From NCBI RefSeq assembly GCF_009914755.1, contig NC_060939.1: DNA of 64,000 nt, one strand, 5' to 3'. The notes below the pieces were generated by a model. It ran no database searches and was not told the origin of the DNA. It saw nothing but the letters and a program-made list of their open reading frames with translations. Positions 1 to 13,047 of the stretch are shown piece after piece (positions within the stretch are counted from its first letter, which is position 1; each line of letters starts with the position of its first letter). Source of the DNA: the human T2T-CHM13v2.0 reference genome, Homo sapiens. The translations under genes were made by a program, and so were the position numbers.

Positions 1-152
1 GGAATATCAATTTTACATGGAAAGTTGTTCTTTTTTAAGGTATTTCAATAGATATGCATAAGAAAAAAATGAAAACACCAAACATCACATCCAGATGGGA
101 TTACAGGTTATCTCTACTTTTTTAAAAAAAGAAAAACATTAAAACTGTTCTG

Positions 153-499
<347 letters not shown>

Positions 500-820
500 T
501 TAAAACTCCAAATTATTGTCCTGTATCACTTCCAAAACTCTTTGTAAACACTCTGTCTTCCCATGTCATTTGTGGATCAGTCTAAATACTTAATCTAATA
601 TTTGGTTTATCTCATGGAAAAATGATAGGCATATAATAAACAACAACCCTGTTTCAAGTTAACCATCTTGTCTTTATACCAATTCTTGCCAGTTATGTCA
701 TGATTTATCAATATACTTATAACTTCCTTATATTCTGCCAGATTATAAATCTATGAATAATTCTGAAAATTATTCAGAAATTTCTATCTCTCTTCTGCAA
801 CTAAGTTACAAAAGTATTAA

Positions 821-949
821 CTACTTCGGGAGGCTGAGGCAGGGAGAATCACTTGAACCTGGGAGGCGGAGGTTGCAGTGAGGTGAGATCATGCCATTGC
901 ACTCCAGTCTGGGTGACAGAGCAAGACTCTATCTCAAAAAATATATATA
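821..949 (+). mobile_element. 5'-truncated Alu (right arm only) with TSD
   Basis: CTACTTCGGGAGGCTGAGGCAGG...GACTCTATCTCAAAAA; flanked by TATTAACTACT at 815-825 and 950-960. Confidence 0.9.
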
Positions 950-1363
950 TATTAACTACTAAAGAAATTAGATTTAGACCCCAGATAAGTGAAATCAGAA
1001 AAGCTTGCTACCATCTGTCATAACAGAATCATTCTGAATATCTATAGTTATCAGATCAAGACAATACCTGTGTGGTTAACAAGTACTCCACACTCCATCT
1101 GAAGGGAAAAGAGTACTTAAGAAGATTATTATAGCATAAGTTTATGTGCTTTGTTCATTAATTCAACAATTTAGAACAAAGCTATGAGGTATTTCACCGC
1201 TAACAGAATAGCTTTAAGGTAACCCATCTTCACAATTTTCTCTTTGTTTTCATTTGTTTCATGCCTTACTATTTTATAGACAGTCATTCTATCGGCATTG
1301 CACAAGTCCCTAAACAACTACGACCAAGTTTTATCACGACCCAAAAGAAAAAATAACTTTCTA

Positions 1364-1490
1364 GGCCAGGTGCAGTGGCTCATGTCTATAATCCCAGCAC
1401 TTTGGGAGACCAAGGCAGGACTACTCAAGCCCAGGAGTTCAAGACCAGCCTGGGCAATGTAGCAAAACCCTGTCTCTACAAAAAATGAAA
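1364..1490 (+). mobile_element. Free left Alu monomer (FLAM/AluJ-like)
   Basis: GGCCAGGTGCAGTGGCTCA...CCCAGGAGTTCAAGACCAGCCTGGGCAA...TCTCTACAAAAAA with no right arm. Confidence 0.85.
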
Positions 1491-2149
1491 ATAATAATTT
1501 TTAAAAAGAAAAAATACATTTTACATGGCAACCAAGTATACATACATAAACATATCTTTTAAAAAGAAAGGTTTCCCAAATCAATATTTACTTTTACTTT
1601 ACACAATGTACTGATATATTCTTTTTTAAAATGCTTTTTAAAATAAGTACATTGATTTCATTACCCTATGACACTGCCACCTGCTACTTAAAAATGTAGC
1701 CTTAAAACTTAATGCAGAGTGTGCTAAACTCCTTGCTCCTACCACCTTCTCCCACGGCTCCAACATAAGAAAATGGGTAAAATCTAGCAAGTCTATTCTA
1801 AGTACAGACCTTGGCATAAATGTGAGACACTCCAGGTTCCTCTGAAGTCCCTGCAACATTGTGATTATTCTAACTGGCAGACAGGATACATTTGCTGAAA
1901 GGTTTCTCCAGCCAGACTACAGAAGCAGAAACCTTTTCTGTTGCCATATCAGTGATATTGCTAAATTCTGCACTTGACAATGTGGACCAGGTTTACTACT
2001 GCTCCACAAGCCAATTCTTCCAAGAAATAAAACAGGATTCCAATATAATAGGATTCTAATACCAGACCCTTACATTTTTTGAATACTTTTCATACACATT
2101 ATTCCGTTGCATTCTCCCCCGGCAGTCTGTTAGAAAAGTAGAGAAGCTG

Positions 2150-2270
2150 CTCTTCTTCCTTTCACTAATGAAGGAATTGGAGCTCAGAGGGGTTACGTGG
2201 CTTGCCAGAAACAACACGGCTAATGAAGAATACAACGCAGGCTTGAACCCAAGATTTACTCATCTATCCA
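2150..2270 (+). mobile_element. MIR fragment
   Basis: ATGAAGGAATTGGAGCTCAGAGGGGTTACGTGGCTTGCC...TTGAACCCAAG resembles the MIR core. Confidence 0.55.
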
Positions 2271-2929
2271 CTTTTATGCTACAATTTTCATTTTTAATAT
2301 CTGAAACAAGTATGAACTTAAAAAGTATATTGTTTCTAGATACAAAAGCAAAGGTGAAAGCATGATATCAATATTGATGATACCAAAAAATTAAGATTAA
2401 AAATAGCAATGACATGTTAATAATTTTGGAGGCCTCTAAAGTTACTGGCAGTCCTAGTTCAATCCAATATGAATCTGATATCATCTTATATCTTCAATCA
2501 ATGTTACATGATTATAAATTTATGTATATATTCACCATAGAAAATTACAGAATTGGGTGGTAAGAAACAACTAGCTATATAAATTGCACATACTCCCCCA
2601 AATCATTCTCAAGTCTTGTGGCTTCACACTAAATTATGAAGTTCCCAATGTAAAACCTGATTTGATTTCAACACTAAGCGAATTACAACAGCATAAGCAT
2701 GTTCTTACTACATAATACTTGCAACATACATTCAATTTCCGAAGCACTTTTGGACAATGTCTAAAATCCATAAGCTAAAAGCAGAACCCAACACAGAATC
2801 TTGTTTCTTTTAAATGGCAAAGGTTAGTCTACCTATATGAGATGAATACCAAATAACATAATTAGAACTTATTAAAAATTTACAGAATCAGGCTAGAGAA
2901 ACTACTTCAGGTCAAAGACTATAGGCCCT

Positions 2930-3050
2930 TAATTGTATAGATGAGAAAATTGATGCCCAGAGAAGTTAAGTGACATTCCCAACAGCAATTAATGACACAG
3001 ATGGAATCAGAATATATGTCTATCTGTCAATCCAGAACTTCCCATTATTC
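2930..3050 (+). mobile_element. MIR fragment
   Basis: TATAGATGAGAAAATTGATGCCCAGAGAAGTTAAGTGACATTCCCAA, MIR core. Confidence 0.65.
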
Positions 3051-4620
3051 TATATTACCTCTGCATTTAATGTGCTCTTAAAAAAGTCACTAACATCTAA
3101 AACACTTAAGACACATTAAGACTCAAAAACCAGGGGACACAACAATGTTCACGACAGTCTTTAGAAAACAATTTCTTAAAGGAATCTCAAAAATTCCAAA
3201 CAACAAGCACTGAAAGCTGGCTCTTTATTTTTTTTATCTTCTTTCCTATCCAGAGCCCTACTTGATCAAAAACTGGCTCTTTAATCCATTGCAAATTATC
3301 AAGTAGCTTTTAATAACTAACATGGCTATAAACCACCATAACTGTTCTTTTTTCCATATCAATACTATTCACTTACTAAAAAAAAAAATCTGAGGGTATA
3401 GAATATGCTGATAACTGTGCTGGGTATTGGCGACACCAGGGAACAAAACAGACGAGGCCTCTGGCTCTTCTAATGGACAGCTGGGTGCAACTCTCTAAAA
3501 ATACTACTTCATGATTTGACAGGATATTTGCCAAAGTCCTTCACTACTCTACACAACTATAACAACATTTTCTTCCACCTCTTCCAAACTTATAATAACC
3601 TTCACCACACCCCCTCTAAAACGTGAATACGTCCTTTGGTAACTCAGCATTCTACTTCACTAAAGAAGGTGTGAACGTGTTAACTAGAACTACAGCAGAT
3701 TTTTAAACTGACTTTACCACTCCTCATGGCCTGCGGTAAATTTCAAGAACTTTTCACAATCTGTAGTAACCCTTCCTGGTTCACAACCCTGATCTCAAAT
3801 GACTGCTAACACACCCATCCTACCCTCCACTAGAAATCTGAGTCAGATGGTTTAGGAGCAACCATGTTAGGGAGCATCTTCAGTGGACCCCTTTATGAGC
3901 CAGAAGCTGACTTACTTCCTCTCCTTCTCTGTTTATTTCCTCTGGATTCTTGTGTATCTCTGGATACAATGTATCTCCAATTAATCAGCATCTAATTTTA
4001 TCAAGTGTGTTCCTGATAACTTGTGCACAAATTAACTTTTGGCAACAAATCTGTTTCACCTACACAAATCCATTATATTTTAAGAGATGCTCAATTTGCA
4101 TCCTTTAAGTTTCTCATGCTTCCCCTTCTCCACTTCTTAAATTCTTAAAAAGCTATAAACAAAAGCACCCTGGGAAGCCATAATTAATGGGAATTCTTTG
4201 GAATACCCAACCTAAAGCAAAAGTTCACATGCCTTGCTGACCACAATCAATCAGGGAGCTTTGTAAGGATGGATTCCCAGGCCCTATCCTCAGAGATTTT
4301 AATTCATTAGGTCCTGCATAAGTTCGAGGAACTTAGGTAGTCCATAATATTGCTAATGACCAGCCTTAAACTAGACAACCACTGAAGAACCTGGCCTATG
4401 AGCTGAGAAACTTGGGTTCTTTTATGGCTGGCCATTAAGGACAAGTGGGGCTGTACCACTGTGCTGGTCACTTGAAGTTCTCTGAGTCACCTGAAACTGA
4501 GGGAGTAATTGCAGCCAAAAGAGGTCTGTCGTCATAGGCAGCCAATCTAGAATTCTAGAATCCTCCAAATTTAGTTTAATATCACATACTATACTGGGTT
4601 ACTCAAAACAGTGTCATTCT

Positions 4621-4902
4621 GGCTGGGGGTGGTGGCTCACGCCTGTAATCCCAACACTTTGGAAGGCCGAGGCAGGTGGATCACTTGAGGTCAGGAGTTC
4701 CAGACCAGCCTAGCCAACACGGAGAAATCCCTGTCTCTACTGAAAATACAAAAATTAGTCAGCCGTGGTGGCGCACACTTGCAATCCCAACTACTTGGGA
4801 GGCTAAGGTGGGAGTATTGCTAGAATCCGAGAGGCGGAGGTTGCAGTGAGCAGACATCACACTACTGCACTCCGGCCTGGGCGGCAGAGCGAGATAACGT
4901 CT

Positions 4903-4933
<31 letters not shown>
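4621..4933 (+). mobile_element. Alu (AluS-type), full length, ~30-nt poly(A)
   Basis: Dimeric Alu; TSD AGTGTCATTCT at 4610-4620 and 4933-4943. Confidence 0.95.
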
Positions 4934-4935
<2 letters not shown>

Positions 4936-6093
4936 GTCATTCTGTAAGCTCTTCTAGCCTGCCCAAGTCATAGGCCCTATAAAGGGAAGACTTTCTGCAT
5001 GCCATCAATGTCTCCTGTCCTACTGAACAGCCCTGAATCTGAAAGGGGATGGTCCCCCACCACCTCTCCACGGACAAATCATAAACATTTAACATTTTAA
5101 AAAAATCATCTCCTGTAATTCAACCCAGGCCTCTCATGGCATTACCATTCACATAAGAGAAAGTTGAACCTCAACTGGAAAAGTATATGGTTTGGGGGTG
5201 TTGTTTTGTTTGTTTGGGTTGTGGAAAAACAGATGTCAGAAAACAAAGTGGATATCAAGATACTAGAACAGTAAGAATTTAGGCCTCGGTCTGGAAACGA
5301 CATTTGAACATCAATATGTAATAGTAGTTCATGTCCAAAACTCACAAGTGAGATTATCAAACTCCAGGGGAGTCTATTAATGTGGCCATAAAATCTACCC
5401 CATAATTTTGACATAACTTTTCCAGCCCAAAATACGACTGACATCATCTTATGGGTCCGGAAATACCATACATCAAGGAAAATTTCTACCGGAGAAATAA
5501 CACTGTAATCGTTGGCGGAGCAGTCTGACCAGTGTTCCCTGAGTTACGCCAACCACCGCCCCCAACCATCCTTCCCACCTAAGTATTACCAGGTCAGGAG
5601 GATGTCCTGCTGCACGCTCAGGCGGTCGCTCCTCCTTTCCACAAGACCCAGGCCCGTACCGTTCGCCCCGGGGCTCCCATGGCCCCCGACCTCCAGTCTC
5701 CAGCAACGATGGATCCCCACAGACCAGGCAGGGGGCGAGGGGCGCACACCCACCTCCCGGGAGTCAGTGGGAATAACCCCGGGCGCTCCCAGGGTACGTC
5801 CCACACCCGGAGCCGCACGGGCCCATCCCCGCCAGGTCTGGGCAGGCAGCCGGAGCCCGGGACCCCGCCTCCCCCGCACCTAGGGTCCCGGCCGAGCTCG
5901 ACCGCTGAGGTCCCGTTCCCACTCCCACTCCCAGCGCCTCCCCCTGGCGGCGGCGGCCGCCCGGGACGCCCCTCCCCTGGCGCTGCCTCCTCAGAGGGTG
6001 ACAGCCGCCTGGCCGGGGCCGTACAGAGGCCGGCCCCTCCTCCAGCTCCTCCTCACCCCGGGAGGAGACAGGGGACGGGGATGGGGTTCTTAC

Positions 6094-6330
6094 CAGGCAG
6101 CAGGACATGGCAAGGCCCGCCACGGCACAGCCTCCTCCTCCACCATCTCACCAGGCTCCCTGCCAGGCCCGGCGCAGGGCAGCGACTGAGCTACTAGGGC
6201 GTCTGGTCCGGCTGCTACTCCGCCGCCGCCGCCGCCTTCTCACAACCACAACAACACTGCAGCAGCGGCCACACAGAGTGCACTCCCGACGCCGAGCCGG
6301 GCGACGAGCGGAGACGCGCGCGCACGCTCG
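6094..6330 (-). ncRNA. Candidate first exon of a minus-strand spliced non-coding or chimeric transcript
   Basis: 5'UTR-like GGCGGCGGCGGCGG sequence downstream of the GC boxes, ending in a strong donor CTG|GTAAGA (intron starts at 6093 on the minus strand). The TSS position is approximate. Confidence 0.5.
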
Positions 6331-6340
6331 GGCGCTGAAC

Positions 6341-6390
6341 CGGGTGTCCGGGAAAGGGGGCGGGTCTCCGGGAAAGGGGGCGGGTCTCCG
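6341..6390. repeat. 20-bp tandem duplication (2.5 copies) in the promoter
   Basis: CGGGTGTCCGGGAAAGGGGG CGGGTCTCCGGGAAAGGGGG CGGGTCTCCG. Confidence 0.9.
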
Positions 6391-6758
6391 CCTGGTGGAC
6401 GGGGGCGGGGCCTGGACAGGTGGTCACGCCCCAGGAGATAGGCGGGGCTGCAGCCCAGACGAATACCAGCGGCTGGGGAGAGGCTCGCGAAAAAGCCCAG
6501 CGGAGGCAGAAGGGCTAGACAGATGGGAATTGGGCGCAGGAAAAGCGATGACAAAAAAAAATCTGGAAGAAAACCAAAGGTGGTCCTACAAATTTTTAGG
6601 AGGCGTCTTTCCCTGGGCAAGACATGGCTCACTCTACTTACCAGAAAAATAGAACAACAGTGGTTATCTTTCACCTGCAATTGTGGTCAGGATAAAAGCA
6701 GTTTAATATAGTGCAAGTAAATGTAGTGTTTTAGAAGATGTATTCAGGATACAATTTC

Positions 6759-7048
6759 TTTTTTTCGTTTCTTTTTTTTTTTTCTGTCGCCCAGGCTGGA
6801 ATGCAGTGACATCTCAGCTCACTGCAAACTCCGCCTCCCGGGCTCAAGTGATCCTCCCACCTCAGCCTCCTGAGTAGCTGGGACTACAGGCGCAGAACAT
6901 CATGCCCCGCCAATTTTTGTATTTTTTGTAGACACGGAGTTTCTGCCATTTTGTCCAGGCTGGTCTCGAACTCCTGGGCTCAAGCAATCCACCCACCTCG
7001 GCCTCCCAAAGCGCTGGGATTAAAGGCATGGACCGCCGCACCCGGTCC
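6759..7048 (-). mobile_element. Alu (AluJ-type)
   Basis: T-rich tail then reverse Alu; TSD ATACAATTTC at 6749-6758 and 7052-7061. Confidence 0.9.
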
Positions 7049-7376
7049 AGAATACAATTTCAAGCTGATTCAACTTCAGCTCCTAATCAAAAGCTTAGCG
7101 GGAAGAAGTGAATTTTCAAACAAAATAAACCCCTCCCCCCCAAATTGTAACCTACCCACATTAGCCTGCAGAATTCCACAAACCAGGATTGCATTACCGC
7201 AGGCCCTAACAGATTCACCTCCTCTGAGTTGTCTTTTAACATTCTACCCTTGACTTTTCTGGAAACTGTCTGGGAAAGCTAGTCAAATGAAATCTATTCC
7301 TGCATCTGTTGTAAAGTTTTTCCACAGCACTTTCTGAAATTTATTTTCAATGTTTATTGTTTTTTCACTCCACTTA

Positions 7377-7793
<417 letters not shown>

Positions 7794-8061
7794 CTAACAT
7801 TTATTCATACAACTCATCTAATTGAATCTTCACAACTTTAATAGGTAGACGCCGTTATCTCCATGTTACAGATGAAGAAAGTGAAGCACAGAATAAATTG
7901 CATGTATTAAAACAAAATTCAAACCCAAACCCAGCAGACAACAAACAAACAAACAAACAAACAAACACACAAAAAACCACTGTACTCTCACTCACCAGGC
8001 TGTACTGCCCAGTGCATGACACAGTAGCCTGAAATAAAATCTCAAGTAAGAAATTACTTTA

Positions 8062-8356
<295 letters not shown>

Positions 8357-8666
8357 TTACTTTAGAGGTAAATTCTTGGAAAGCCCTTGCTTTACTACCA
8401 GAAAAACCAGTGCGCTTCCTGCTTTTTGATAACTCTTATGCAGCTGGTTGTGTCTCTCTTTTCACTCTGGCTTCCAGAAAGCCCAGGGCTAAATGTGAAG
8501 CTCAGCAATGACCCCTGCTTGGCCCCTAAGGTCCACTCTTGCCTCGACTTTGCACCTTTATTTATATGTGGCTGTCCTGATTTTCCCTTTGTGTTATATG
8601 ACTGTAGGCTTTATGGAATGGGAGAAGAAATAGTAAACACATAAAATTGATGAATGACTTAAAGAC

Positions 8667-8965
<299 letters not shown>

Positions 8966-9047
8966 TATTTTTATTTTTATATTTTATTTTATTTTCACAA
9001 AAGGTCTCACTCTGTTGCCCAGGCTGGAGTGGAGTGGCTCACAGCCA
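8966..9047 (-). mobile_element. Alu 3' fragment, abruptly truncated
   Basis: T-rich tail + GGTCTCACTCTGTTGCCCAGGCTGGAGTGGAGTGG, then non-Alu sequence. Confidence 0.8.
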
Positions 9048-11410
9048 CCAGGTGATTTGGGCTCACAAGTCACCCTTGCTAAGAGGCAGAGTCCAGAGCA
9101 GAACCTGGGTAGATGCCAAAGGCAGCACTCCCTACTCCACACATGGGTTTCTGTCAAGTAAATCACCAGCCAGGTGAGGTGCATACAGCATCTAGGGAGA
9201 TGGGACACCGTGTTGTCCCCTCCTTCAGCCAGGAGGCCCCACACTGAGCGCCACTGTCTCCACTGTCCGATGCTACAGGAGAAACGTTTCCTGCTGGTTA
9301 AGGAAGTAGAAACTGCAGATCACTTTTCATCTTATTGGAAATCACTCTTTGACACTCTTGCCTCATCTTCACTCAGTACACATTGACTCTACCAGCAATA
9401 GCGTACAAATAAACACAGCTTAAGGAAATAGGAACCCTTTATTCCTGGGACTTAAAAGCTTGACTTTCTCCAGTAAGTCAATTACCAGTGCCCACGGCAG
9501 GAAGAGCTCTGATGCCAGGGTTGACAGCACGCTGGAAAAACGGAGGAGTGTTTGCATTTCTGGGGCCTCAAGTAATGAGAAGTTCTTCCAAGAACACTGA
9601 CAGGGATATTGTTGCCCTATTTTAGAATTATTACTCTGAAGATCAGGGAATTTCAGGCGGTTGAACTCATGCCACAGCACCTGTGCTTTTCTGGTAGGGG
9701 AGGGATGGAGTCCAGCTCAGGAGTCCCCCGTCATGGGGGAAAGCACTGTGATGGGATGTCTGTGGGGGGATTAGAACCCTATAGCAGATGGGATAGGGTG
9801 GGGAGTCTACATATTTTTATTTGGATGCTTTGATGGAGTAAAGTTCCAAACCAAGCAAGTATCAGGCAGGGGGCAGTCCAGGCTGTGGTGCTGTGCTGTG
9901 AGGCTGGGAGTCCGGGCAGGTCCTGTGTTCACTGGCCACTTCCACAGCCTGAAGCCCCTCGAAAGGACATCTGCACAGAGGCCCGCTAGTGACTTCAGGA
10001 TGCTGATGATGCCCTCAAGGTGAGAGCCAGAGAAAATCCCGTCAACTCTGCCAACCAAGGGCGTCAATGGCCACGTGTGTGGTTTTCTCCTGCAAAGAAC
10101 AAGCCAGTTTGCAAACCATGCTTTTGAGGCTAGAAAAATGGCTGTATTCCTTCAGTGTCTCCTGAAGTCTGGGTCCCCTGAGAGTTGATTCAAATACTGT
10201 ATTCTCGTAAAATATGGTAACATTTAGACCTGAAAAATGGCCTGGGGGATAATCTTATCAAACCTCTGATGTGGTTATTTTGTAACTGAGTATATTGAAG
10301 GCTGGGGAACAAAGCCATCTGGTGCCAGCATCCTAGCTGCTCTCTCTCCTCCAGGGGCTTGCCTTGGTTGGGGGCCTTTCCAGCAAAATTAGGCTGAAGA
10401 GATGAGATTTTAGTTAAACAAGGCCCACTGTTGCTTTAAGACAAAATGTCAAAGTTTTAAAAAATGTATTAACTTGTTCTTTTGGCCAAGAAATCAATAG
10501 ATGCACTTCCTTTCCACTGTGCAGGCACTGAGCTGACAGAGGAGTAAGAGCTTGAACCATCTACGTGGTCTGAGTGACCACATCCTTCACTTGGAGCCCT
10601 GTTCTACAGCAGATAATTCTGAGTCACCCCAGCTAATGGCTGTGCACAGCATCCTGATGCTCTGATTAGGCTGAGGGGCATGTGGCGTGGTGGCTAGGCT
10701 GTCTCAGAGAGCACCTCAGGCTGGGTGGACCAGGCTGACCCAGAAGAGGGCAATGGGCCTTTGACAGGGACTAGCTGGCTACTATCTGCCTCTTCTGCAG
10801 TTTGGGACACTTAGGGTCATGGGTGAAAGTGTTTTTCCACATATAGTGGCCCGAAAGGAAAGGAAACTCATGCCAGTGTTCAGAAAGCGTGCGGGTTTCT
10901 CAGGTAACGTTACTGCAGCCACTGATGTCTAATCCAAAGAGCTCTGAATGCTTGCCATAGAGATTTGTAGTTTTAATACTGAAGCCCCGAATATTCTGAT
11001 TTCCTCATTAAGACCGACCTAACACGAGCTATGCAGTCAGCTAAGGTATCAACGGGAGGAAATTGCCAGTGTTTCCCTCTTATTTTCCTCTGAGGTCATC
11101 TGAAAACAACCGCAGTGAGGACGGAGTTCGTGCGGCCCTGATGGCTGTGTGTTCCCAGCTCCAAGCATGCACGAAATATTTAATTCATTTGAATATAAAT
11201 AAGTTAATGAATATGAATACATTAATAAATTAATTGGCATCGTTTTAGTCCTGTTGCAGTTTCAAACTCACCGATTTATCCAACTTCTTTGCACTGAGTT
11301 CTTATTCAAGTGAAGTATTCCGGTCTTGTGACTTGTACTTCTGACATAGTAATAGAACAACTAATATTTATTTAGAACTTTAGTTTACCAAGCACTCTAC
11401 ATTTTATTTT

Positions 11411-11552
11411 ATTATTTATTTGTTTATTTTTTTTAGTAGAGACAGGGTTTCACCGAGTTAGCCAGGATGGTCTCGATCTCCTGACCTCGTGATCCACGCT
11501 CCTCGGCCTCCTAAAGTGCTGGGATTACAGGCTTGAGCCACCGCGCCCAGCC
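11411..11552 (-). mobile_element. AluY-type left monomer with tail and TSD
   Basis: TTAGCCAGGATGGTCTCGATCTCCTGACCTCGTGATCC (AluY-type diagnostic positions); TSD TACATTTTATTTT at 11398-11410 and 11553-11565; sits inside MIR-like sequence. Confidence 0.88.
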
Positions 11553-12771
11553 TACATTTTATTTTTACATTTTGTCTTTACAAACCCCCACGGGGCAGGC
11601 ATTCTCCTTACACGCAGTGTTAATTGGTGACACAGAGGCTCAGGGGTTTAAATGGTTTCACTGTAAACAATGTAATCTAGTAGGATGTTGCTTTCCTATT
11701 TTTCCTAATACTACCATGTTTAGATGTGGGTGGCTGAGTGGGAGTATATGATTTCCTGTGTATGTATAGATGTAACCCACACTCACAGGCGGGAAGTTCT
11801 GCAGGCCGAGAAGCGAAGCCCTTTGCTGAACAACCACCAACAACATTCTAGGGCCCCCACACCCTTGGTTCTGCAGGCTACACCCCTCCCATCTGCTTAG
11901 AAGCAGAAAGAAAACTCTGCGGTTACTTTTCCCTTTGACAATAAGCCGCGGTTCTCTTCAACGTTCTCCTGGGGACTTGGGTCAATGTTCTCACATGCAA
12001 ATGTTAGCCAGGCCCAGGGTTATTGTTTCCCCTACCCCTGCGGATTGATCATGGCATGCAACTGCCCCATATTGTATTTTGGTCACCCCCATCGGCATCC
12101 CATCTGCTGCTAGTGCCTCTGGCCAGCTTCTCGCATGGTCCTGACACGGTGCTGTCACTCTCACATTATTTGCACACATTGTTTACCTATAGCTGGACAC
12201 ATTGTTCATAGGAGCCCAGCTGGTAAAGTAAAAATATTCCAAGACTGTGCTGATAAGCTACTTCTTCCCTGCATCCTGGGCTGGTGAGAAGCTAAAGAGG
12301 AATGAATGCTCTGCCTGTGAAGAGGCCGCACTGCAGAGAAGAGGAGGCAGAGATGCAGTCGTCACGGCCCTAAGACCCTGCCTGGACCCGGTTTTGCAAG
12401 TCGAGGGAAGAGTTTTGCACAAATTCTCACTGGGAACATTGTCAGGGCTGCAGCCACATCACTTTTTTTTGATCTGAGTCCTTTTAACATTAGCTATGAT
12501 GTCAAAAAAGATGAAATTGAAGTTGCCAACATCTGGTGGAAGGCAAAAACCAGTGAATTTCTACCCAGGGAGAGTTCCTCTGCAGGGTCCCCGCTTCTGG
12601 TGGCCTGGAGTTGGGGAGGCCTCTGGAGCAAGTCAGGGGATTAAATTCTGGGTTTTCTTCCATTTTTTTATTTTCCTATTTTGACATCTTTGAAAAATGG
12701 CTCAGCCTCATAGTGTATGGGTCTTCTGATTGCTTTTGTCTTGATTTTATTCTGACTGAGGGGCAATGGCC

Positions 12772-13047
12772 ACTGTGGGCTCCTCATCCAGGATGAAGAG
12801 GGCCCCTCTGCGGCCTGGGTGCATCCATGCTCTTCACGGTGGCCTCATGGATCGTCATACAAAGGATGATCTCAGTGATGAGCTTGAGCCTACCCAAAAT
12901 TAAATTATATGGGTTTATAAGATTCCTCCTCAGGATCAGTATCATCAGGCCTGTCCCTGCTGGTAGCAAGGCCGTCTTTATAATGTGCTGTCATGGTGGT
13001 AAAGGCATCACTCACTTGATGGAGATCCCGAAGACCAGCTCTACTCG
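12772..13047 (-). pseudogene. Possible highly degraded MAGE-homology-domain fossil
   Basis: One reading frame (with stops) gives RVELVFGISIK*V...TGLMILIL...LILGRLKLITE...DAPR...G*GAH, the same order as the MAGE motifs ELVFGxxxKEV, TGLLxxxL, FIFGEPRKLIT, DPPR, WGPRAH. Spacing is shorter than in MAGE. Confidence 0.3.

Larger units (their letters stand above)
5500..6620. promoter_or_regulatory. CpG island / duplicated housekeeping-type promoter
   Basis: Very high GC and CpG density, a (GCC)n run, GC boxes GGGGCGGG at ~6357, ~6377 and ~6402, and GCGCGCGCA at ~6316. Confidence 0.85.

Noticed and set aside
1665-1680. Possible 16-nt minus-strand micro-exon (TAGCAG|...AGG|GTAATG)
   Set aside because: Weak polypyrimidine tract and no homology support; such matches are common by chance
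5473-6711. Cluster of overlapping Pro/Gly/Arg-rich ORFs up to 181 aa
   Set aside because: Expected from stop-poor CpG-island sequence; no recognisable domain
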